Positions 14,445 through 24,965 of a stretch of 64,000 nt of DNA are shown one piece after another. The DNA is from Octopus sinensis (lineage: Eukaryota). The first letter of the stretch is position 1; each line of letters begins with the position of its first letter. The notes beneath the pieces are model-generated. The model saw only the letters and a program-made list of their open reading frames with translations, ran no database searches and was not told where the DNA came from. The stretch is from positions 25,606,001-25,670,000 of the forward strand of contig NC_043020.1 in the NCBI RefSeq assembly GCF_006345805.1, in the 5' to 3' direction. The position numbers and the translations under genes are program-made.

Positions 14445-14495
14445 GCCTGCTGCTGCTGCTACTACTACTACTGCCTGCTGCTGGTGCTGCTGCTG

Positions 14496-14543
<48 letters not shown>

Positions 14544-15079
14544 ATAATAATAATAATAATAATATAATTGAGGCAGAAGGCTGAGAAGTGGCAGAATCGT
14601 TAGGACACTGGACGGAATGCTTAGTGAAGCGTCATGTCATCCGTCATTACATTCTTAGTTCAAATTGCATCAGCGCCGAATTTGCTATTAATACATTCAG
14701 GGTCGATAAATTGGTGTTCTTATTTTCGTGTTTTGATGCAAAATGGAGAGGATAACCAATTAAAGTATGTGATCGGCAAGAAAAAAATTGTTAAGATACT
14801 TTCTTAGCATGAAACAAACGGTAGCCTTAATATACAAATAAATACTTTTCCCTCTTTATTTCTTAGTATGTAGTGAAAAATTTATCTGAGCATGAGAGAA
14901 AACGGAAAGGACCTGCATACAGTGCTGCCAACGGAGGTTTAACAACATCGTTGCGCACAAAAATGTGAGTACAAGAAGTAAAGCTTCCTTCAAGGCAGAG
15001 CTAGAAATGCCCCTGTCAAGGAGGCAAGAGACTTTAAACAGGAGCGATATATTCGAAACTGGTAAAACTAAAAATTGTC

Positions 15080-15272
15080 GAGGATAATACAAATTTATTA
15101 TTGATAATGAATATATTAGTGTCCCAAAATCTAACCCGTTCGTGCCAAACACGAGGCCAAACATCCCTGAAAATTTCATTCGAATCCATCCAGCTGTTCT
15201 TGAGATATCTTGTCCACAGCCGAACAAACACGACTGGAAACAATACCTCCGCCTTGGCTTAGGCGGATGCAA
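15080..15272 (+). mobile_element. 3' part of a Helentron-like non-autonomous element
   Basis: aaacatccctgaaaatttcattcgaatccatccagc.gttcttgagatat...aatacctccgccttggcttaggcgga matches 60365-60487; the end can form a hairpin. Confidence 0.55.
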
Positions 15273-15374
15273 TAGACAAACGCAGTAACAAAATGGAAAA
15301 CTCTACACCATTGACAGTATCAAAACCATCACCACCAGCACCATCACTGGCACCACCACCACCGCCGCCACTAT

Positions 15375-15592
15375 CTATTTCTTTACTACCCACAAGGGGC
15401 CAAACACAGAGAGGACAAAAGGATAAAGTAGATTACATCGACCCCAGTGCGTAACTGGTACTTATTTAATCGACCCCGAAAGGATGAAAGGCAAAGTCGA
15501 CCTCAGCGGAATTTGAACTCAGAACGTAACGGCAGACAAAATACCACTAGGCATTTCGCCCGGCGTGCTAACGATTCTGCCAGCTCGCCGCC
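15375..15592 (-). mobile_element. SINE family A
   Basis: Full head to tail on the minus strand (ggcggcgagctggcagaatcgttagcacgccgggcgaaatgc). Confidence 0.9.
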
Positions 15593-16374
15593 AGCACTAT
15601 CACCACCACCACCACCACCACATCACCACCACCACCATCACCACCACCACCACAACCACCACCACCATCACCACCAGCACCACCATCACCATCACCACCA
15701 CCACCACCATCACCACCAGCACCACCATCACCATCACCATCACCACCACCACCACCAGCACCACCAGCACCACCATCACCATCACCATCACCAGCACCAT
15801 CACCATCACCCCCCATCCGCATCATCACTACCACCACCACCATCACCACCACCATTAACATCACCATCACCACCACCATTAACATCACCATCACCACCAT
15901 CACCATCACCACCAGCACCACCACCAGCATCACCACTACCACCACCATCACGACAACAACAACAATAACTACAACAACGAGAAAACCAATAACGATGACA
16001 ACAGTAATAACAAAATACTTGTTATTGCAAATATATTTGATTGTGATTTTTTTTCTGATATGCAGGAAGGTTTTCAATTATGGAACTGGGAAATTTAATT
16101 GAATTATTAATTAAAATTATCAAATAACAAAAACACACACAAAAGCATCCAATAACAACGAGGAATAAATTCCATGAAGAATATTTGGTCTTTTCAACTC
16201 TCCATATTTTCTGTGACCCGAATCTTTTGGAATAATTATGGAAAATGTGATCTTTCACATTCGAGATTTTCAATCCCATAATTTCATTGGAATTTTCTTC
16301 TTGCCACCTGTCTGCCGGCCTATCACCATTTTCTCCCTCCCTCTCTTTCTCTATCTCTCTCTCCCTATATTTAT

Positions 16375-16406
<32 letters not shown>

Positions 16407-16708
16407 AATATAGTTATCAGTAACAATAAAAGGTGAAATTAATTAATTTGGAAATATTTCAATTACCACCAAGTAGATTTCGGCATGTAAAAGCCCCATT
16501 CGAGGAAAATTTAAGTAATACTAAGTAATTAAGGTTTAGCAACGAATTGCCTCACCAACACACCGAAATTAGAAATAGCAGTCAAAGAGATATAGCTATT
16601 CCTTCTACTAAAAGGGGGATCTCAGTAAAAACACAGCACTTGAAAGGCAAACACAGACAGGTAAGAAAGAAAGATGAATGACGGCAATCTATCATACAAT
16701 TTAAGTTA

Positions 16709-16798
16709 CCTACGGACGTACGTTTCGAAATCAAGTTTTAGGAAAGCTAAGATTAGAAAATTCTACTTTACCCAAACTTCTTTTCTCATCGGCGCAGG
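16709..16798 (-). ncRNA. Type I hammerhead ribozyme motif (mirror of 17226-17316)
   Basis: Reverse complement: cctgcg-ccgatga-gaaa...tttc-gaaa-cgtacg-t-c-cgtagg. Confidence 0.7.
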
Positions 16799-17225
16799 AT
16801 ACTACAATTATGAATAATTGTATATTAAATTTTGAGATACTAGAAGGCATTATCTCAACTCAGGGTCAGAGCGAGCCAAAGCATGACCAGTACCACGAAA
16901 TTCAAAGTGTGAATGAAAGTTTGTGTCACCAGCCCCCTTCCACCCGCGTGTAGCCAAGACAAAATGCTGCGGTCATTTACTGCGGTCATTATTCCAAATT
17001 AATTAATTTCACCCTTTATTGTTACTGATAACCATATTTTATCCCAGTAAATGACCGCAGCATTTTGTCTAGGCTACACGCGGGTGGAATGGGGCTGGTG
17101 ACACAAACTTTCATTCACACTTGAATTTCGTGGTACTGGTCATGCTTTGGCTCGCTCTGACACTGAGTTGAGATAATGCCTTCTAGTATCTCAAAATTTA
17201 AATACAATTATTCATATTGTAGTAT

Positions 17226-17316
17226 CCTGCGCCGATGAGAAAAGAAGTTTGGGTAAAGTAGAATTTTCTAATTCTTATGCTTCCTAAAACTTGATTTCGA
17301 AACGTACGTCCGTAGG
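17226..17316 (+). ncRNA. Type I hammerhead ribozyme motif, U4C core variant, palindromic stem III
   Basis: Stem I cctgcg/cgtagg (one G-U); core CCGAUGA; stem II gaaa..aagttt/aaactt..tttc; GAAA 17299-17302; stem III ACGUACGU; predicted cleavage 3' of C17310. Confidence 0.7.
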
Positions 17317-17664
17317 TAACTTAAAATTGTATGATATAGATTGCCGTCATTTCATTCTTTTTCTTACCTGTCTGTGTTGCCTTCCAAGTGCTGTGTTTTT
17401 ACAGAGATCCCCCTTTTAGTAGAAGGAATAGCTATATCTCTTTGACTGCTATTTCTAAATTCGGTGTGTTGGTGAGGCAATTCGTTGCTAAACCCTTAAT
17501 TACTTAGTATATATAAATATATATATATATATACCATCTTCCGTCTTTCGTTTGCCATATATCTGTATATATATATATATATATATATATACACAATAAT
17601 AAATAAAACATATGCATACATACATATATGTACATACCTACATCTATATCTATATATATACAAG

Positions 17665-18310
17665 CATATATGGGTACAGGACACCAAAAAACGTAGAATG
17701 CAATGAGGAACGAAAGCATAAACACAAAAACATGGAAACGGACTTTTTTCAAACAACGAAAAAATAGAGTACAAGACGTACAACACCAGGAATATTCCCC
17801 TTCTTCAGTTGCCCCTGTTTCGGAGGTAAGAGCAAGACACGACTTCGTTGAAACAGTCCTTCCCGCAAAGCAATAAAATAAAATTTGGGATTTTTTGCGG
17901 AGGCGTAAAAGATGAGAGACAGATGTTCTCCGTATAGAATACATATCGTAGTGCTCAAGAGGTTTAAACTTGAACAGGTAGAGGATTAAATATAAAGAGT
18001 AAGTTAAATTAGGTAAGTTTATATGCAAAGAATATTAAATACATTTAATACAAATATTGTACACATGTTTACATATAAAAATAGTCCGACTTACACGAAA
18101 TAGAAATGATATCCGGAATTAAAGGATTTGAATAAGAGCTTTACTAGAGCAACAGCTGTTTCTGCGGGCTTGGTTGTCGAAAATAATGATTGTAAATTTA
18201 TTCCATCATCGGATAATACCAGCTTCTGTCATCAGGGAAGAATTTTACATTTGAGTTGCTCACAAATAGATTAATCTCCTGTCTTTTCAATATATTGTCA
18301 GGTTTAAAAA

Positions 18311-18320
<10 letters not shown>
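17665..18320 (-). mobile_element. Decayed Penelope-like terminal fragments (low confidence)
   Basis: (TA)n-flanked. The minus strand has ctgatga...gaaa-cagctg-t-t (18146-18240) and a possibly collapsed second motif near 17815-17860. Confidence 0.35.
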
Positions 18321-18351
<31 letters not shown>

Positions 18352-18897
18352 TGTACGTGTGTATATATGAATACATTTATATAAGTATGGATATACATAC
18401 ATTTACACGTATATATGCGTTTATACCCACAGTATATGTTTTACATACATACATGTACATTCATTTGTTTATCTATGTACGAATGCGTATCTTTTGGATT
18501 TATATCTTCTCATGTATGTTTGTATTTGTATATGAGTGTGCATACCGTATACATACACAAAATTTACCGCGAGACAAAATATGGTAAGAAATTGAAAATC
18601 TGATACAGGCCAAGAAAAATATGAAACTAATAAGTACATGCGTGTATTTTGAAAAGAGTAATTATATCTAAAATTGAGGGTTTATTTTATTTTAATACAT
18701 GATAGTTTATTTAGGTGTAATTTTAACATTTCGTCATTAGTTTTTGCACTTTCGTGTTTGCGGTAAATTGAGACTAATTTTCTTGAAAAATATTCTAATG
18801 AATTCGTATACGGTAAAACAAGTACACATACAACAGCTCATATATTATTTATCTTTTTGCGTATCTCTCTCTCTCTATCTTTTCCTATCGCTATCTT

Positions 18898-18931
<34 letters not shown>

Positions 18932-18932
18932 A

Positions 18933-19032
18933 NNNNNNNNNNNNNNNNNNNNNNNNNNNNNNNNNNNNNNNNNNNNNNNNNNNNNNNNNNNNNNNNNNNN
19001 NNNNNNNNNNNNNNNNNNNNNNNNNNNNNNNN
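18933..19032. other. Assembly gap (100 N)
   Basis: Run of N directly after a (TATC)n tract. Confidence 0.99.
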
Positions 19033-19945
19033 TTTGGCGGGCTGATATCCAGCGCACCCAATCCGATCCAGTGTGTCAACAACACTTTACCAAATGTAGC
19101 AAACTTTCATGCATGGAGCAAAATTGAACCACTGTACTGTCCCTCGTGCTCTTATAGAGGATCCTTTCAAGCCCTCCTCAGCGACTGTTCCTGTGGTGAT
19201 GGCCGCTACTGCTGATGGCCCGACAATGTGCATTAGCGGATATAGATGTGATATCGAGCGTCATTCAGTCCAGCAAATACCTATTTCTTTATTACCCACA
19301 AGGGGCTAAACATAGAGGGGACAAACAAGGACATACATAGGTATTAAGTCGATTACATCGACCCCAGTGCATAACTGGTACTTAATTTATCGACCCCGAA
19401 AGGATGAAAAGCAAAGTCGACCTCGGCGGAATTTTAACTCACAACGTAACGGCAGACGAAATACCGCTAAGCATTTCGCCCAGCGTGCTAACGTTTCTGC
19501 CAGCTCGCCGCCTTCAGTCCAGCGAATACCACCCTAGTAAAGAAGTGACTATTTTCCTCAAAGTCTGAGATGGGACCTGCTCATTGAAACTTCGACAACC
19601 ATCATACCTTCTTTTCATAGCCCTACCACTCTGGCAGCTGGGGGAATGTCTAAACCAGATTATGGAATGGTGAAACTTACCACATCATGTATCAACAACA
19701 ATCCACCCAGATATATTGATCTTCTCAAATTTCACCAAATAAATGACCATATGGAATTGTAACCTGGGAGGAACATACCGGTCAACCGGGCGATTGCGTC
19801 CAATGTTGAAAGACTCAAAACATCCAGAAACTCCAGAAGCATCACTCACAATGCATCCCGTAGCACCCGCAAGATATATCTTAAAACTACTACTACATGT
19901 ACGACAGCTGCTGTTAAGTTTAGCGCTCCTGGTACTACACCACGG
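19033..19945 (+). pseudogene. Decayed RLE non-LTR retrotransposon ORF fragment (HERO/R2-superfamily-like CCHC region), interrupted by a SINE
   Basis: Across frameshifts: WRADIQRT / IQCVNNTLPNVANFHAWSKIEPLYCPSCSYRGSFQALLSDCS..GDGRYC, compared with HERO-type W..EP.RI.FLIQSVYDVLPSPSNLH.WG....CPLC..RG.LEHILS.C...GEGRY.WRH. Later remnants read WDLLI and TWEE. Confidence 0.6.
19281..19512 (-). mobile_element. Full-length SINE family A with a 17-bp target-site duplication
   Basis: TSD ttcagtccagcaaatac (19264-19280) and ttcagtccagcgaatac (19513-19529), one mismatch. Confidence 0.93.
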
Positions 19946-19962
19946 CATTATTATTATTATTA

Positions 19963-20023
<61 letters not shown>

Positions 20024-20572
20024 GAGTGAGAGAGCAGTTCATGCCATCAAAGTGACACTGGGGTAAAATATACGAAGCCCAATATACCCATCATGACTAC
20101 CCGTCTGATAGGGTACACCAGGACATGCATCACAACAATATGTGCGCGACATGGTGATCTAACAAGATAACAGCACATGACCTTGCAGGTGGGACCCAGT
20201 TAGAAATTTCTTCAGGTTGAGTAGCCCATCCCGCTCAAAAGGTCCCTGAATAAGGGTTGTTTAAGCATGTGAAAGAACCACCCACGTTTCCAGAGGTGAA
20301 TTTTTCAAACCCCAAAGAATCCCTCCCAACACATGGCTATGATGCTCCCCCACTACTTTTGCTCGTGATCAGAGATACACATATCGTCAGCCACTAAGTG
20401 ACATGCACAACTGGTTAAGGTCAAACAACTGACAATCAATTCTGTGGTATTGAGCAGAATATTTGCTGTAACCCATCTTTTATAGCAAGACAAAACAATG
20501 TACATGATAACACTTCCAATCAGTTAAGATCAGAAGCCATGAGAGCCACTGCCTGGATACTGCATCAGGGCA
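20024..20572. mobile_element. ~550-bp non-coding element inserted in (ATT)n, copy 1
   Basis: Same ends (gagtgagagagcagttcatgcc ... actgcatcagggca) as 45479-46024; (ATT)n on both sides. Confidence 0.8.
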
Positions 20573-20579
20573 ATTATTA

Positions 20580-20614
<35 letters not shown>

Positions 20615-20689
20615 TATTATTATTATTATTATTATTTTATTATTATTATTACTATTTTCATTATTATTTAAAAAATCATTTGATTCGAC

Positions 20690-20890
20690 TGGTGACCTCG
20701 TGTGTACCATTGGCGATTTTTTCCCCCTCTGTCTTCCCTTCTCTGGATCTTTCCTTCTCCTATGTTTCCGACGAAGAGCTCCTCTCGAAACGTAAAACCC
20801 TCCTTCTTCCCATCCTTCTTGACCATCCAATAATACTATATTTGTTCCACGTCCTTGCGTTGTTGTGTTTTCATGTTTGGATTAACTATA
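20690..20890 (+). mobile_element. Short Penelope-like terminal fragment (family P2)
   Basis: Pyrimidine-rich, carries a minimal HHR motif, ends in (TA)n. Confidence 0.55.
20764..20798 (+). ncRNA. Minimal 35-nt hammerhead motif
   Basis: gttt-ccgacga-a-gag-ctcct-ctc-gaaa-cgt-a-aaac; stem I gttt/aaac, stem III ACGU palindrome, GUA cleavage triplet. Confidence 0.6.
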
Positions 20891-20999
20891 TATATATGTA
20901 TATATATATATATATATATCTAATGTAGTATATATAATATATATAATATATATGTATATATTATATTTAATATATATATATGTATATGTATATATACCG

Positions 21000-21200
21000 C
21001 AGTAAGCACATAAATGTGAATCAAGGTGGAAAAAAGAGTACTCAAATACCAGAGGTAGTGTAATATGCTTTACTTAAAAGCAGCAGAAATATAACAAAAG
21101 CCGTTACTCTTAGTTTCACGTTCCCATCCGTCGGAGGAACGGGAGCGCGAAACTCTGAGTAACAGCTTTTGTTATATTTCTGCTGCTTTTAAATAACGTA
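21000..21200. mobile_element. Collapsed fold-back Penelope-like element (family P3) with two partial HHR halves
   Basis: 52-bp inverted arms 21074-21125 and 21141-21192 (5 mismatches), each with gaaa-ct(c/a)(t/a)gag-t-a. Confidence 0.55.
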
Positions 21201-21663
21201 TATATAAATATATATGTATGTATATATTTATGGCCATATATACATTATCTTCCTTATATATCGTCCTATATTTAATTATCATCAAATGTCTTTTTATCTT
21301 TTGTCACTAAATCAGCTGCTCTACTTCCCTACTTAATCTTTTTACCTATAGGCTATAAGGCGGTCTATCATCATTTGTTTTTAGTATTAGATTACGTCTG
21401 TCTTTAAAAACATTTCTATATCTTGTATTATTCTGTGTTTCACTTCAACTTTAATTATATTTCTATTAGATTAATTTTTTTAACTCTATGTATACGCATT
21501 GTTACTGTAGGCACACACACATATATACATCCTTAACTGTACCCATACATACATATATATATATATATGTATGTATTTATATATTATGTATATACATACA
21601 TACATATATATATATATTATATAATAATATATATATATATATAATATATATATATTATATATA

Positions 21664-22100
21664 TATCAATAATAACAAAGAGTGAAATTAATTAATTACG
21701 AAGTAATCATTAATTTCACCAAGTAGAATTCAGCATGTAAAGGACCAATTCATGGTAAGTTAAGTAATACTAAATAATTAGGGATCAGCAAACGATTTGC
21801 CTCACCACATATGGTTGAAGAATCCTACGCTGATGAGGAAAATAGTCAGGTAAGGTATAATTTTTTATTATTTGTGCTCTATTCTGACTTAATTCCGAAA
21901 CGGGCGTCCGTAGGCAACTTATTATAGAATGATTTTCGGCATTTTTTCCCCTTCTACTTGCGTGGTTTGCTTTTGAGTGCTTCGGTTTCTCTTGGATCTC
22001 CCTTTAAAGTAGAAAGAATAGCCAAGATTTTGACTGCTATTTCTAAACTTCAGTATGTGGTGGAGCAAATCGTTTGCTGTTCCCGAATTATTTAGAATAT
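21664..22100. mobile_element. Second, diverged member of family P1: inverted 3' end plus a sense arm starting at the HHR
   Basis: 21664-21810 resembles 16413-16560; 21897-22100 resembles 17299-17510; (TA)n on both sides. Confidence 0.75.
21824..21914 (+). ncRNA. Type I hammerhead ribozyme with a fully canonical core
   Basis: Stem I cctacg/cgtagg; CUGAUGA 21830-21836; stem II ggaa/ttcc extended by agtcag/ctgact; GAAA 21897-21900; stem III A-CGGGCG-U; predicted cleavage 3' of C21908. Confidence 0.8.
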
Positions 22101-23074
22101 ATATATATATATATGTAAATTGAGATAGGGGTTGTGAGTGCAACCCTCCATGGGATAACATATATAACCAATATACTGCCAGTACAGCACCCAACAAAGT
22201 TAATACATAAATGTTAAGAACTGCGATGCAATTAATTCATTTATTGTATTATATGGGCAAAGGTAAAATGTTTTACCGCAAATTAATAATACAAAATAAG
22301 AAAATGGAGAAATACACCTTAATCAATGATCAACTACCAGATAATACCCAATCACATAATTTATTAACCCACTACATATTAACATCAAGGTCAAACATAA
22401 TAGTATAGAGCAAAAGAATGCACATCAATGAGTAATATGATACAATAAGTACAATATGTATAAGTGAATATAAATAAATATAAATATAAATATAAACATA
22501 TTTTGAAGAACTCTCTCTTTGTCAGACATAGGTTCCGCACAACTTGACAAAGTACGATTCGAAGTACTCCGAGGCACCCCTCGACTTACCATTATCTGCC
22601 CTCGACCGGACAGAAATAGGAGACTGCACAAATTGGTTCACTGTTCGGTGATCTCTTCCCAGTAATTTTGATATTTCTATAGTTTTTCCTTTTCAAGCAC
22701 GATGTTAGACTTCTCATTCGAGGTAAGATGCCATTTAAATTGGGCACCTGCCTAATAATCCGGGACAGCAGAATTGTTGCTGCTACACGATAATGGCCGC
22801 CGTTTGTTCTCGTCTGCGCGGATCCGATTTATTTTAACGGAATATGCGCAGATCGGTGGTGCCAACAGTCAGTGGGAAAAGAACTGGTTTCGGATGAGTA
22901 TACATTTATTTATTGAGAGAACATTGATTTGTCCAACAATGTAAAAGGCAGTGTATATATAGTATATATAGAGATAGATCGATAGATATAGATATATACA
23001 TATTTATGTATACATATACCTATATGCTAAGCATATTGCTCAATATCATAATGATACAGCTAGATAGTAATTTA

Positions 23075-23746
23075 TTTTTTTTGCGCCCTTTTAAAAACTA
23101 GCCAGTCTCAAGGCCCGGTCACCCGGTTTTTATGGCGTATGTGTTCCCCAGCTGGACGGGTCGCCAGTCTACCGCGGCGTTACTCATTTTTGCCAGCTGA
23201 GTGGACTGGGGCAATGTGAAATGAAGTGTTTTGCTCAAGAACACAACGCGTAGCCTGGCCCAGGAATCAAAACCACAATCTTACTATCATGGGGCTGACA
23301 CCCTAACCACTAAGCTCATGGGCCCGGTTTCCTGGTTTCTATGGCCTATGTGTTCCCCAGCTGGACGGGACGCCAATCCATCGGAGATTTACTCATTTTT
23401 GCCAGCTGAGTGGACTGTGGCAATGTGAAATGAAGTGTTTTGCTCAAGAACACAACGCGTCGCCGGGTCCAGGAATCAAAACCACAATCTTACGATCATG
23501 ATGCTGACACCCTAACCACTAAGTTCAGGGGCCCGATTTCCCGGTTTCTATGGCCTATGTGTTCTCCAGCTGGACGGGACGCCAATCCATCGGAGATTTA
23601 CTCATTTTTGCCAGCTGAGTGGACTGGAGCAACGGGAAATGAAGTGTTTTGCTCAAGAACACAACGCGTCGCCGGGTCCAGGAATCGAAACCACAATCTT
23701 ACGATCATGGTGCTGACACCCTACCCACTTAGCCACGCGCCTCCAC
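23075..23746 (-). mobile_element. Tandem trimer (209-bp period) of a V-SINE-like family C element
   Basis: Reverse complement head gtggaggcgcgtggctaagtgggtagggtgtcagc...ggtttcgattcctgg; central gatggactggcgtcccgtccagctgggg resembles the V-domain core; ORFs at 23231 and 23440 are 209 bp apart. Confidence 0.8.
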
Positions 23747-23780
23747 AAATTAACTATATATATATATATATATGTACAGA

Positions 23781-23890
23781 CGAGGGGCTGCTGAGAAGTC
23801 CCTGGATTTGACTAGAAGGAAGTAGAAGGGGATCAGTTAATTATGATTTTGATCAAGATTCACTCACTTATTACTGATGTCCTTCAGTTT
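23781..23890. mobile_element. Half of a mariner-like MITE
   Basis: TIR cgaggggctgctgagaagtcc; inverted homologue at 27262-27388. Confidence 0.65.
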
Positions 23891-24908
23891 TTCTAAACCC
23901 AGGAATCGAAACCACAATCTTACAATCATGATGCAGACACCCTAACAACTAAGCCACGCGCCTCCACTATTAATTATATTGCAAACTTTTATTTATTCAT
24001 CAGTGTTTAATGGAATTTACACGAAATCCAATCAGTTTGTTATAAATACAAGCCATCCTTTAATGCTCGAATTATAAAAATGCAATTCCCGCAAAAGCCT
24101 AACTTTTGTATACCTATATTACGAACCACTGTTTGGATGTTTGTGAATTTGTGCTGTAAATGTCCACAATCCTTTTTGTAAGTTCTTCTGTGTTTACTCA
24201 GTAAATAATGCAAGAGGTTAAATCCATATTTAATTGTATACATAATTTAGAATTCCTATAAAGGGATTTATGCGTACGTTGTTGATTCTGTATGTTCTAT
24301 TCAAGCCTGTAGAATTTTATTAATCCTCCAGGGACAACTACGAACCGCAGTGAGAAACCCAGCATAAAAATTACGATGTTTTGTGTAACGTTTCAAGATA
24401 AAAGGCGCGAGCGTGGACGTGTGGTAAGAATGGTCGCAGGCATGGCTTTGTGGTAAGAAGTTTGGTTCGCAGCTACATGTTTCTGAGTTCGGTCCCACTG
24501 TGTAGCATCTGGATATTAGGTTTTCTATATTGTGGCTAGATTTGGCAGTCTGAAACTAAAAGAAACCTGTCATATATATATATATTTACCTTATATTAAA
24601 CTTTTTATACTTTTTGATAGTTATATAATTTAAAGAAAAAAAATTATTAAAATAAATAAATAAATAAAATAAAATAATAATAATATAATATGTATAATAT
24701 TTATATATATATATTTAAAATTTATTAGTTTAAATATTAATTTAAATAATTTTTAAAATTTTAACTTTAATTTAAAATTTTAATTTGGAATTTTATATTT
24801 TATATTTTTTTATATTTTTTATATATTTTTTAATTAATTTTATTTCTATGTATTGGCTTATGATTTTCACTGTTTGATTTACCTAATAGTGGTTTTATCT
24901 CTAATTTA

Positions 24909-24965
<57 letters not shown>

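Larger units (their letters stand above)
16413..17510. mobile_element. Fold-back, hammerhead-bearing non-autonomous Penelope-like element (family P1)
   Basis: Inverted arms 16518-16982 and 17045-17510; the terminal ~40 bp (16413-16453) recurs inverted at 16992-17032; flanked by (TA)n; related copy at 21664-22100. Confidence 0.75.

Noticed and set aside
17815-17860. Possible collapsed hammerhead on the minus strand (ctgttt-caacga...gaaacag)
   Set aside because: It requires assuming a core mutation and a deletion of stem III; too speculative for a call.
23075-23746. Regularly spaced repeats suggesting a CRISPR array
   Set aside because: Eukaryotic SINE tandem with no unique spacers and no cas genes; the same applies to the 40-bp repeats at 7715-7845.
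24590-24860. Almost pure AT stretch with A-rich then T-rich halves
   Set aside because: No true inverted complementarity was found; probably decayed microsatellite or poor consensus.
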